From positions 1 to 55,188 of the forward strand of contig JARRBB010000006.1 of assembly GCA_029981435.1 (NCBI GenBank): a stretch of DNA of 55,188 bases, written 5' to 3'. This DNA is from Thermotogaceae bacterium. Its GTDB lineage: Bacteria > Thermotogota > Thermotogae > B21-G9 > HyVt-16. Within the stretch, counting starts at the first letter, position 1; the number at the start of each line of letters is the position of its first letter. The position numbers and the translations under genes were made by a program. Shown here one piece after another: positions 9,927-18,386 of this stretch. A model generated the notes under the pieces. It did no database searches and was not told the DNA's origin. It saw only the letters and a program-made list of their open reading frames with translations.

Positions 9927-11003
9927 TTACTCAGAAGCAGATTCTGGTATTTTCCCTTCAACGTTATCAACAAACCAATTCATTGATAAGAGCTCTTCAT
10001 CGGATAGTTTTTTACCTTTCGAAACTTTTAAATTACCAGATTGATCATATATAGGACCTTGGAATGGGTCAAAAGTACCATTTATAATAGCTTTTTTAAA
10101 GATATCAACAATTGTTCTAACATTTTCAGGCACCATAGGCCCAAACGGCGCAAGGTCAACAATACCTTCTTTCATTCCAAGCCAAACGTTACCATGTTTG
10201 TAAGTGCCTTCTATGATCTCTTGCAAAACATCAGCATAAAACGCTCCCCAATTCCAAATTGGCGCAGTCAAATGAGCTTCAGGAGCGAATTCTGACATAT
10301 CTGTGTTGTATCCAACACTGTATGCTCCTCTTTCCTGGGCAGCTTGTTGAGGGGCTGGAGAATCCTGATGCTGTGCTATAACATCTGCACCGGCATCAAG
10401 TAAACTCAAAGCAGCTTCTTTTTCTGTTGCAGGATCGTACCATGTGTTGGTCCAAACAACTTTGACTTTTGCTTTTGGATTAACAAGCTTAACACCGAGT
10501 GCAAATGCATTTATTCCTCTTATTACTTCTGGAATTGGGTGTGCTGCAACGTAACCGATGATATTAGATTTTGTCATCATACCAGCAACTATTCCACTTA
10601 AAAAACGTGGTTGATACATTCGGCCAAAATAAGCTGTCATATTTTCAGCGGTTTTATAGCCTGAACAATGGAAGAAATGTATCTGTGGAAATTCTTGTGC
10701 AGCCATTAAAGTAGCATCCATATATCCAAAACTTGTGGTGAAAATAACATCGTACTTTCTCTTTGCAAGGCTTTTAATGGTATTGTAGGACTCCATACCT
10801 TCTGGAACACTTTCAATGTAAGTAGTTACTATTTTATTTCCCAGAACTTTTTCAGCATAAAGTCTTCCCTGGTCGTGAGCATATGTCCATCCAGCATCAC
10901 CAACAGGACCAATATAAATGAAAGCGACTTTCAAAGGACTGGCAGCAAGTAAACTTACTACTAAAATAAGTGCTACAAAAAGCATCAAGAAAATTTTTCT
11001 CAT
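9927..11003 (-). CDS. BMP-family (PnrA/Med-like) ABC substrate-binding lipoprotein, probable purine nucleoside binder
   Basis: The ORF-track start is a TTG that lies inside the RBS. The true start is the ATG (MRKIFLMLFVALILVVSLLAA…) 7 nt after GAGGAGGG. Signal peptide plus BMP-fold motifs. Confidence 0.85.
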   Translation of the reverse strand: MRKIFLMLFVALILVVSLLAASPLKVAFIYIGPVGDAGWTYAHDQGRLYAEKVLGNKIVTTYIESVPEGMESYNTIKSLAKRKYDVIFTTSFGYMDATLMAAQEFPQIHFFHCSGYKTAENMTAYFGRMYQPRFLSGIVAGMMTKSNIIGYVAAHPIPEVIRGINAFALGVKLVNPKAKVKVVWTNTWYDPATEKEAALSLLDAGADVIAQHQDSPAPQQAAQERGAYSVGYNTDMSEFAPEAHLTAPIWNWGAFYADVLQEIIEGTYKHGNVWLGMKEGIVDLAPFGPMVPENVRTIVDIFKKAIINGTFDPFQGPIYDQSGNLKVSKGKKLSDEELLSMNWFVDNVEGKIPESASE

Positions 11004-11056
11004 TATCCATCCCTCCTCAAAAAAATAAATCCCACCCAAGAAGCGGGGTGGGATAA
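11004..11056 (-). terminator. Guanine-riboswitch expression-platform terminator (rho-independent) immediately upstream of the SBP RBS
   Basis: Minus-strand RNA: AUCCCACCC-cgcuucuu-GGGUGGGAU then UUAUUUUUUU. The 5' arm plus loop (CACCCCGCUUCUUG) is complementary to the P1 3' strand plus flank (CAAGAAGCUGGGUG), giving an antiterminator. Confidence 0.8.
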
Positions 11057-11085
11057 TTTATTCCAAATTAAACTTCCACACCCAG

Positions 11086-11158
11086 CTTCTTGTAGTCAAA
11101 CGGTTTACGGCCGTTTGGTAGAAACTCCCAAGCCATATTCTTGGGATTATACAAGAAG
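11086..11158 (-). ncRNA. Purine riboswitch aptamer (G-box, guanine-type with C at the specificity position)
   Basis: Minus-strand RNA: CUUCUUGUA-UAAU-CCCAAGAAUAUGGCUUGGG-AGUUUCUACC-AAACGGCCGUAAACCGUUU-GACUA-CAAGAAG. It has P1, P2 with L2 AAUAUGG, J2/3 AGUUUCUACC, P3 with L3 CCGUAAA, and J3/1 GACUA (C implies guanine). Near-identical to xpt/add aptamers in the conserved positions. Confidence 0.9.
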
Positions 11159-11233
11159 CCGGTACATATTCACTTTCAACTTTATTTTATACCATAAGTA
11201 TCTCGTGAAAAATAAAATTTTGGAACAAAAATG

Positions 11234-12526
11234 TTAAAGTCCAAAACGTTCATAAATTTTGTCAACATTTCTCAAGTAGTAACCGATATCGAACAGTTCA
11301 GAAAGTTCATCTTTGTTAACAACATCCAATATTTCAGGATCATTTTCAAGTATCGATTTGAAATCAACTTCTTCTTCCCAGGATCTTAGAGCATTTTTCT
11401 GTACAAGCAAATAAGCCTGTTCTCTGCTGAGACCTTTTTCGATAAGCTTCAGCATAACTCTTTGTGAGAAAACAAGATTGTAGGAAACCATAAAGTTCCT
11501 TTTCATACGTTCAATGTTCACCACAAGATTTTGAATCAAATAATCTGCTTTTACAAGCATATAATAAATCAAATTCGTAGCATCAGGCAATACAACCCTC
11601 TCAACAGAAGAATGCGATATATCCCTTTCGTGCCATAATGCGATATTCTCCATAGCAGCTTGTGAGTAAGATCGAAGTAATCTCGCCATCCCACACAATC
11701 GTTCGCACAATATCGGATTTTTTTTATGAGGCATTGCACTTGAACCTCTCTGCCCTTTTTTAAAAGGCTCTTGCAATTCCAGGACTTCTGTTCTTTGAAG
11801 TAATCTAATCTCCAATGCTATCCTTTCAATACCAGCAGCTACGAGAGACAAAACATTTAAAAAATAAGCTATTCTATCCCTTGGAACAATCTGCGTAGAG
11901 ACTTTTTCTATTTCTAAACCAAGAATCTCAGAGACGATTTTCTCAACCTCGGGTGATATATTTGCATAATTACCAACTGCTCCGCTGATTTTCATAACCG
12001 CAACCTCATTCAACGCATTTTTTAATCTTCGGTGATTTCTAAGAGCTTCAGAATACCATGATAAAACTTTAAGACCAAAAGAAGTTGGTTCTGCATGAAC
12101 ACCATGAGTTCTTCCTACTATAGGAGTATATTTGTGTTCAATTGCCAACTTTCTAAGTGAGTCGATCAGTTTTTCAAGAGCCTCAATTATCAGTTGAACT
12201 GCTTTTTTCAAAGTTAACCCAAGGGCTGTATCTATAACATCGGATGAAGTCAATCCCAAGTGAAAATAATTTGCTTCTTCACCCATATTTTCAGTAATAG
12301 ACTTTATAAATGCTATAACGTCATGGTCAACAACCTTTTCTATTTCTTTTATCCTATCAACATTAACAATAGCTTTTTTCTTTATTTCCTGCGAAGTGCC
12401 GGCAGGAGCTATTCCAAGTTTTTCATAAGCCTCTACAACGGCAATTTCAACTTCAAGCCACCTTTTGAATTTTTCATTTTCACTCCATAATTCTTTCATC
12501 GGAGATAGTGTATATCTCTCTATCAA
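11234..12526 (-). CDS. purB: Adenylosuccinate lyase
   Basis: 430 aa. N-terminus MIERYTLSPMKELWSE…, fumarate-lyase signature region (GSSAMPHKKNP). Confidence 0.93.
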   Translation of the reverse strand: MIERYTLSPMKELWSENEKFKRWLEVEIAVVEAYEKLGIAPAGTSQEIKKKAIVNVDRIKEIEKVVDHDVIAFIKSITENMGEEANYFHLGLTSSDVIDTALGLTLKKAVQLIIEALEKLIDSLRKLAIEHKYTPIVGRTHGVHAEPTSFGLKVLSWYSEALRNHRRLKNALNEVAVMKISGAVGNYANISPEVEKIVSEILGLEIEKVSTQIVPRDRIAYFLNVLSLVAAGIERIALEIRLLQRTEVLELQEPFKKGQRGSSAMPHKKNPILCERLCGMARLLRSYSQAAMENIALWHERDISHSSVERVVLPDATNLIYYMLVKADYLIQNLVVNIERMKRNFMVSYNLVFSQRVMLKLIEKGLSREQAYLLVQKNALRSWEEEVDFKSILENDPEILDVVNKDELSELFDIGYYLRNVDKIYERFGL

Positions 12527-12614
12527 ATTTATTCCCTCCTTAACTGCACCGGTTTTTTAGTTTTCTTGGATTATACCATTTATACTATAATAAAAAATAG
12601 GTAGGTGATTATAC

Positions 12615-13553
12615 TTGGATCCTTTCTTATTGACAGTTTTGATAATATTTCTCACTACATTGATTGTAAGTTATCTTAGATCTATTATGAGTGATAGATG
12701 TTTAAAGGATTTTGAAAAATATCCTGTGATAGTTGTACTTAAAAATGGTAAATCCATATGGGGAAGAATATTTATAAAATCATCTGGTTTTTTACTCAGG
12801 TATGATGAACCTTACAACAACGTTTCACATATCGAATATGGTTTCATAGTCTATAAAAACGAATATCCCACAATTTTCAGTATAGTGCGACTATTAAATA
12901 TCCTTCCCGAGAAAGAACTGAAGAAAAGAGAAAAAAGGAAAAAATTTGTGATTTTAAGACCGCTGATTTGGGTAAGAAAAAAATTCAGAAATTTCTTTGC
13001 TGCTGTTAGAGATGCTTTTGTAGATACATTCTCGATGCTTCTTGGAAAAGCAAGTGCTAAAAGTTCTCTTATATCACAAAACAAAAAATATGTAGAAACT
13101 CTTGGGGCAAATATTATTGATTATATAGGCAATTCTTATGATCCTATACTTGAAAATTTGATAGATAGAAAGATTGTGTTTGAAATATTTGAAGATAATG
13201 AATGGAAAGAATATACAGGTATTCTTAAAAACTATTCAAAGGATTTTTTAGAAATTTTCGAAGCAGAGTTTCCTCTGAAAGTGGCCATAAAAATTCGAAA
13301 TAAACATGAAAAAATAGTCTTTTTTGGTATCGAGATCCAAAATGAAAACAATCAGATAATTTTGAAAAATAACATCAAAAACTCTGTGAAAACATGTATA
13401 GGAAGTAGCAATTACATTTTAGAACCTGGCAAAGAAATCACTATCGAACAGGAAATTCAAGTTCCAATTGAAATAACGTTAGAGTTTTTAGAAAAATCAG
13501 ATTTAATTCTGCCTCGAGCAATTGCTGTTGTAAGACATCTGGCAGAGCTCTGA
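12615..13553 (+). CDS. Hypothetical membrane-anchored protein (TTG start, N-terminal TM helix)
   Basis: 312 aa, no recognisable domain. RBS AGGTAGGTGA 6 nt before the TTG. Confidence 0.55.
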   Translation: MDPFLLTVLIIFLTTLIVSYLRSIMSDRCLKDFEKYPVIVVLKNGKSIWGRIFIKSSGFLLRYDEPYNNVSHIEYGFIVYKNEYPTIFSIVRLLNILPEKELKKREKRKKFVILRPLIWVRKKFRNFFAAVRDAFVDTFSMLLGKASAKSSLISQNKKYVETLGANIIDYIGNSYDPILENLIDRKIVFEIFEDNEWKEYTGILKNYSKDFLEIFEAEFPLKVAIKIRNKHEKIVFFGIEIQNENNQIILKNNIKNSVKTCIGSSNYILEPGKEITIEQEIQVPIEITLEFLEKSDLILPRAIAVVRHLAEL

Positions 13554-13643
13554 GCATTTTTAAAAACATTCAAACTTGTTGTATAATACTTACGTTAAAC
13601 AAATGTTTGAAGGGGAATGGGATAGGGGTAGTTAAAGAAGGGA

Positions 13644-13675
13644 AACAGGCTGGTTAAAGAACCAGCCTGTTTTTG
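13644..13675 (+). terminator. Intrinsic terminator
   Basis: AACAGGCTGGTTaaagAACCAGCCTGTTTTTG: 12-bp stem plus U tract, ~90 nt after the stop of the upstream CDS. Confidence 0.8.
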
Positions 13676-13873
13676 TGTTATAATATTTATACAACATATG
13701 AAGCAAGATTAATATTTTTATTTTATTTTTATTCCTGTTTTATTTTAATTTTATCTATTTTAAGATAATGTTCTCTGATGGTTTCCCACAAGCAATTGAA
13801 AGCTATTTAAAGGCCTTAAATAAATACTTTCAAACATCTTACATTTCTTAAGCTAAAAAGGGGGATAGAGTTT

Positions 13874-15013
13874 TTGGATAATTATAAAATTGAAATTAAT
13901 GCCTTTGGAAAGTTCCAGGTAAAGATTAATGACATTGATGTTTTTGACAATTTCTGTCGATCTGAGAAGGCAAAGGAAGTTTTCAGATATTTGTTGCTTT
14001 TCAAGGATACAAAGATAAGTAAAGAAAAGTTGCTTGACATGTTCTGGCCTGGTATGCCACTTGAAAAAGCTTACCAGAATTTGAATTCCACAGTTTATCT
14101 TATAAGAAATACTTTTGATAAGGTTTTAAAGAAGGGAATAGGAAAATCAATAGTAAAGAGCTCAAATCAGATGCTGTGGATAGTACTACCAGAAGATTGT
14201 TACTATGATGTCGAAGAATTCAAAAAATATATTGATTTAGCCATTCATGAACACGATGAACAGAAAAGAATAGATTACTGCAAAAAAGCAATAGATATTT
14301 ATAAGGGAGATATGTTCATAGAAGATGAATACTCAGAATGGAGTGCTTCATTTAGAGAAGAATATCGTGAATTACTCATAAATACCTTGATATTACTTGT
14401 AGAAACCCTGTACAAACTCAAAAAGTTTGATGAGTGCATGTATTATATACTGAAAATCTTGGAAATAGACAAGTACAATGAGAGTGCAGCATATTACAAG
14501 TTATCTGTTTTGATTTCTAAAGGTCTTTATAACCAGGCTTTAAAGTTCTATGATGAATTTGTAACCCTTTTAAAAACAGAACTTGAAATTTCGCCACCTG
14601 CAAATTTGAAATTGCTTTATCACAAAATAAAAACCCAGATCGAAAGTGAAAACTCTTCGAAATCTGAATCTGAAATTCCAAACGTTCTTAATGCTGAAGA
14701 ATTCAAGAAAATCCTGAAAATAGAAAGCAAGAAAAGAAAGACAGACTCTTCTTTAATAGAAATTCTCATTGAAAATGGGTTAATAACACGAGAAAAAATA
14801 CTTGATGAGCTGCTTTCGAAGCTCAGAGGATCAGATATAATCTCTATGATTGGCAATAGAATATACGTTTTACTATCTGGGTTAAGTAACAAAGAAGAAA
14901 GTGAAAAAATTGTAAGAAGACTAAAAGAAAAACTAAATTTGAAAGGTGCTTCACTGAGCCTGAAAAATATAAGTTTGAATAAAGCTGTTGAAACTTTGCA
15001 TGATTTTACATAA
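13874..15013 (+). CDS. SARP/BTAD-type transcriptional regulator (OmpR-like wHTH + bacterial transcriptional activation domain/TPR) with a ~130-aa C-terminal extension
   Basis: TTG start after an AAAAGGGGGA RBS. N-terminal wHTH pattern (…FRYLLLFKD..ISKEKLLDMFWPG…AYQNLNSTVYLIRNTF…). BTAD pattern (AIDIYKGDMF…EWSASFREEYREL…). The C-terminal SDIISMIGNRIYVLLSG… weakly resembles a degenerate GGDEF core. Confidence 0.65.
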   Translation: MDNYKIEINAFGKFQVKINDIDVFDNFCRSEKAKEVFRYLLLFKDTKISKEKLLDMFWPGMPLEKAYQNLNSTVYLIRNTFDKVLKKGIGKSIVKSSNQMLWIVLPEDCYYDVEEFKKYIDLAIHEHDEQKRIDYCKKAIDIYKGDMFIEDEYSEWSASFREEYRELLINTLILLVETLYKLKKFDECMYYILKILEIDKYNESAAYYKLSVLISKGLYNQALKFYDEFVTLLKTELEISPPANLKLLYHKIKTQIESENSSKSESEIPNVLNAEEFKKILKIESKKRKTDSSLIEILIENGLITREKILDELLSKLRGSDIISMIGNRIYVLLSGLSNKEESEKIVRRLKEKLNLKGASLSLKNISLNKAVETLHDFT

Positions 15014-15023
15014 GATTTAATTA

Positions 15024-15053
15024 ACTGCCCTCTTCATTTACGAAAAGGGCAGT
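15024..15053. terminator. Hairpin between convergent genes (putative terminator)
   Basis: CTGCCCTcttcatttacgaaaAGGGCAG; no strong U tract. Confidence 0.45.
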
Positions 15054-15065
15054 CAAATATTAATT

Positions 15066-16424
15066 TCAACCTGAAAAATTCTCCAGGAAAGTTTTATAAG
15101 CCAGATATGTTTCGAGTACATCTGCTTTAGAAACAAGTTCATATGGTGAATGCATCCCTAAAACAGCTGGTCCAACATCCAAAACCCATGAGCCAAGTTC
15201 CGCAAAAAACTTTGCTACAGTCCCCCCGCCACCTTGATCGACCTTTCCAAGTTCTCCCACTTGCCATGAAACATCATTTTCAATGAAGAGGTTTCTTATT
15301 TTTCCGAAAAACTCCGCACTCGCTTCACTTGTTCCACTTTTTCCTCTTACTCCTGTGTATTTAACAAGAACAGTTCCATAGCCAAGTTTTGGTGCATTTA
15401 AAGGTTCCATAACTGTTTTATACTTTGGATCTAAACCAGCTGCAACATCTCCTGACAAAACCGCGGATTTTTCTATCAGATCCTCAACATCCAGGTTCGG
15501 GTTATTGTGTTCAACAATTTTCTTAAGGACTCTAATCCAGAAACGTTCTTTTGCACCAGTATTTCCATCACTTCCTATTTCTTCTCTATCAAACAAAAGA
15601 ACTATTGAACTCCTCTTCTGAGATTTCGAGTCAATAATAGCCCTGAACGCCGTATAAGCACATACTCTGTCATCATGACCATATCCTGCTATAAGTGAAC
15701 TGTCAAGCCCAGCACCTCTTGTTTCAAAAGCTGGAACCAGCGAAAGATCAGCTCCTATAAGATCTTTTTCAGTTACCCCATATTTTTCATTCAAAAGCTT
15801 TAAGACGTAAAGCTTGACAGCTTCTTTTTCTTCATTTTCAAGTGGAATGGTTCCTGCGATTGGTGATAAATCCTCTCCAAGGAACTTTTCTGATACTTTT
15901 TTGTCTTCTTTATCGAGATGTGGTAATAAATCTGAAATTACCAGTACAGGTTCTCCCGGTGCATCACCAATAGATACTTCTACTAAACTTCCATCTGTTT
16001 TTAAGACAACACCTTTTAAGCACAAAGGGATGTTAAACCATTGATATTTTTTTATGCCGCCGTAATAATGAGTTTTCAGTAGGAGAATACCATCGTCTTC
16101 AAATAAAAATCTTGGTTTTAAATCTATTCTTGGAGAATCTATATGAGCCGTGATTATATTAAAACCGTCTTCCAAATTATCCGTGATTTTGAAAAAAGCA
16201 ACTGTTTTATCTTTGTTAATTACATAGAATCTATCAGAAAATATATCATCAGAAAAACCGAGTTTTTTTGCTACAGACACAAGGTTTTTCACCGTTAATC
16301 TTTCTGTTTTAGAATTGGTCAAAAACCCTGAATATTCACTGCTGAATTTCTCTATCTCTTCTCTCGAACGCTTTTTCCAGACAGATTCAGATTTGAAAAG
16401 CAAATTCTCGGAATTATTACTCAT
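15066..16424 (-). CDS. M18-family aminopeptidase (aspartyl aminopeptidase-like)
   Basis: 452 aa. ITAHIDSP motif, and the M18-type HSPYE metal-ligand motif near the C-terminus. Confidence 0.85.
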   Translation of the reverse strand: MSNNSENLLFKSESVWKKRSREEIEKFSSEYSGFLTNSKTERLTVKNLVSVAKKLGFSDDIFSDRFYVINKDKTVAFFKITDNLEDGFNIITAHIDSPRIDLKPRFLFEDDGILLLKTHYYGGIKKYQWFNIPLCLKGVVLKTDGSLVEVSIGDAPGEPVLVISDLLPHLDKEDKKVSEKFLGEDLSPIAGTIPLENEEKEAVKLYVLKLLNEKYGVTEKDLIGADLSLVPAFETRGAGLDSSLIAGYGHDDRVCAYTAFRAIIDSKSQKRSSIVLLFDREEIGSDGNTGAKERFWIRVLKKIVEHNNPNLDVEDLIEKSAVLSGDVAAGLDPKYKTVMEPLNAPKLGYGTVLVKYTGVRGKSGTSEASAEFFGKIRNLFIENDVSWQVGELGKVDQGGGGTVAKFFAELGSWVLDVGPAVLGMHSPYELVSKADVLETYLAYKTFLENFSG

Positions 16425-16445
16425 TGGGCACTCCTCCTTTAAATA

Positions 16446-17432
16446 TTATTCAACAGAACTGAATTTTTTAGAAAGAATTATATTAGCTATGGCACTACCT
16501 ATCAATATTATTCCCAGAGTTCCAACCTGCCAGATTGAACTTATTCCAGCAAGCTGGAGACCATTGTATAGAGCTGTTATAACAACTATCGCCATCAGCG
16601 TTCCAAGAATACTACCTTCTCCTCCCATTATATTCGTTCCTCCCAAAACTGCTATCGTTATTGCCTGCAGGTTTAATCCCGCCCCAAGATCTGGACGAGC
16701 ACTCGCAATTCTTGAAGTCATTATTAAAGCAGCGAGTCCAGCAAGAAAACCTCCGATTACATAAACAGTGAATTTAACCCTTCTAACAGGAACACTTGAG
16801 AATCTGGCAACTACTTCACTGTTTCCTGTAGCGACGAGATATCTTCCAAAAGTTGTCTTGGATAGAACAAAATGAAGCATCAGAGCTAATGGAATAAATA
16901 TAGCTATTACCTGAAATGGAATGTTGAAATATGTTTGCTGACCTATAAAGTAATAACCGTAAGGAAAGTTGGAAACAGGCATAGGATTTCCCCACTTGTC
17001 AACGGCAATCAAAAGTGCAAGTGAATCGTAAACATACATGGTAGATAAAGTTACTATCAGAGGAGGAATTCGTAGAAAACTCACAAAAAAACCATTTACA
17101 ACCCCACACAATCCGCCTGTTATTATGCCTAAAATCGATGCAATGACTATATTAACTCCTAATCTACCTGCGAGCACACCTATTACCATCGCACTCAGGC
17201 TCAATATAGAACCTATCGATAAATCTATTCCTCCACCACCAGAAATTATTATGAGAGTTTCCGCGAAAGCCAAAAGCCCTATTTCCACACCATACTTTGT
17301 CATATTCAAAACATTGTATATGGTTGAAAACTCAGGAATTATGAATGAAAAAACTACGAACATTCCTATCAGAAAAACAAACAGGAAAAAGGATCTATTG
17401 ACAGCCATTAATTTCAGGAATTTTTTCATCAT
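16446..17432 (-). CDS. Sugar ABC transporter permease (RbsC/branched-chain-type)
   Basis: 328 aa multi-TM. 4-nt overlap with the upstream permease. Confidence 0.85.
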   Translation of the reverse strand: MMKKFLKLMAVNRSFFLFVFLIGMFVVFSFIIPEFSTIYNVLNMTKYGVEIGLLAFAETLIIISGGGGIDLSIGSILSLSAMVIGVLAGRLGVNIVIASILGIITGGLCGVVNGFFVSFLRIPPLIVTLSTMYVYDSLALLIAVDKWGNPMPVSNFPYGYYFIGQQTYFNIPFQVIAIFIPLALMLHFVLSKTTFGRYLVATGNSEVVARFSSVPVRRVKFTVYVIGGFLAGLAALIMTSRIASARPDLGAGLNLQAITIAVLGGTNIMGGEGSILGTLMAIVVITALYNGLQLAGISSIWQVGTLGIILIGSAIANIILSKKFSSVE

Positions 17433-18370
17433 TCTTCACCCCTGTTTTTAATAACATCTATGGCTACAGACCCAAGAATCAGTACTCCTATTATCAATCC
17501 TTCTGTAAGAGCCGGAACGTTCAGAAGTATCAAACCATTTGAAAGAACTGCAACTAACAACGAGCCAAGTATACTTCCAACGATAGTACCCTTTCCACCA
17601 AGAATACTTGTTCCACCTAAAACAGTTGCAGCAATAACCTGAAGTTCAAAGTTATTTCCAGTGTTCGTTTGAACTATACCAGCTCTTCCAACAACTATAG
17701 CACCTGCAATCCCGTACATTAATCCTGCAAGAGCATAGACAAAAAAAAGAATGCGCTTCGTATCAACTCCTGACACCCTTGCAGCCTCTAAGCTGTTTCC
17801 AACAGCATATATATATCTTCCCAGTGGTCTGTATCTCATAAAATAGCTGAAATACGCCACCAAAATTATTGTTAACCATATTGGAACAGGGACATTTAAA
17901 ATTTTTCCTAACCCCATCCATCTAACAGCACCTGGAAGAGAAGCAATCCACCTGCCTCCCAAAAAAGTATATGCCAATGACCGCAATAAACTCATCATCC
18001 CGAGTGTAACTATTATTGGTGGAATACCCAACAACGCTATGAACGAAGCATTAACACTTCCAAGTGCCAGTCCAACGAGTATCCCCAGTATTATAGAAAG
18101 CCAAGCAGGGAAGCCATTGGTAGCTGCCTTTCCGAGGGTAACAGCTACAATACCAAGTATCGAACCAGCTGAAACATCTATTCCACCGGTTATTATAATC
18201 ATCGTCATTCCGATGCTCGCAACACCAATACTTGAAACTTGTAACAAAATATTTTTGATATTATTTGTGGTAAGAAAGCGCTCGGAAGAAAGGCTGAAGA
18301 ACACTATCAGACCTATCATAACTAATCCAACAGTTAACTCACGACTTTTTATGATTTTTTTTAATTCCAT
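17429..18370 (-). CDS. Sugar ABC transporter permease (RbsC-like)
   Basis: 313 aa multi-TM. Confidence 0.85.
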   Translation of the reverse strand: MELKKIIKSRELTVGLVMIGLIVFFSLSSERFLTTNNIKNILLQVSSIGVASIGMTMIIITGGIDVSAGSILGIVAVTLGKAATNGFPAWLSIILGILVGLALGSVNASFIALLGIPPIIVTLGMMSLLRSLAYTFLGGRWIASLPGAVRWMGLGKILNVPVPIWLTIILVAYFSYFMRYRPLGRYIYAVGNSLEAARVSGVDTKRILFFVYALAGLMYGIAGAIVVGRAGIVQTNTGNNFELQVIAATVLGGTSILGGKGTIVGSILGSLLVAVLSNGLILLNVPALTEGLIIGVLILGSVAIDVIKNRGEE

Positions 18371-18386
18371 TTTTATCCTCCTTTCT

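Noticed and set aside
13700-13765. AT-rich short tandem-like repeats (ttttatttt units)
   Set aside because: Irregular, low-complexity promoter-region sequence rather than a true tandem repeat or CRISPR leader.
16315-16764. 149-aa plus-strand ORF
   Set aside because: Entirely antisense to well-supported minus-strand genes (M18 aminopeptidase and ABC permease); Pro/Ile-rich low-complexity translation typical of antisense reading of membrane-protein genes.
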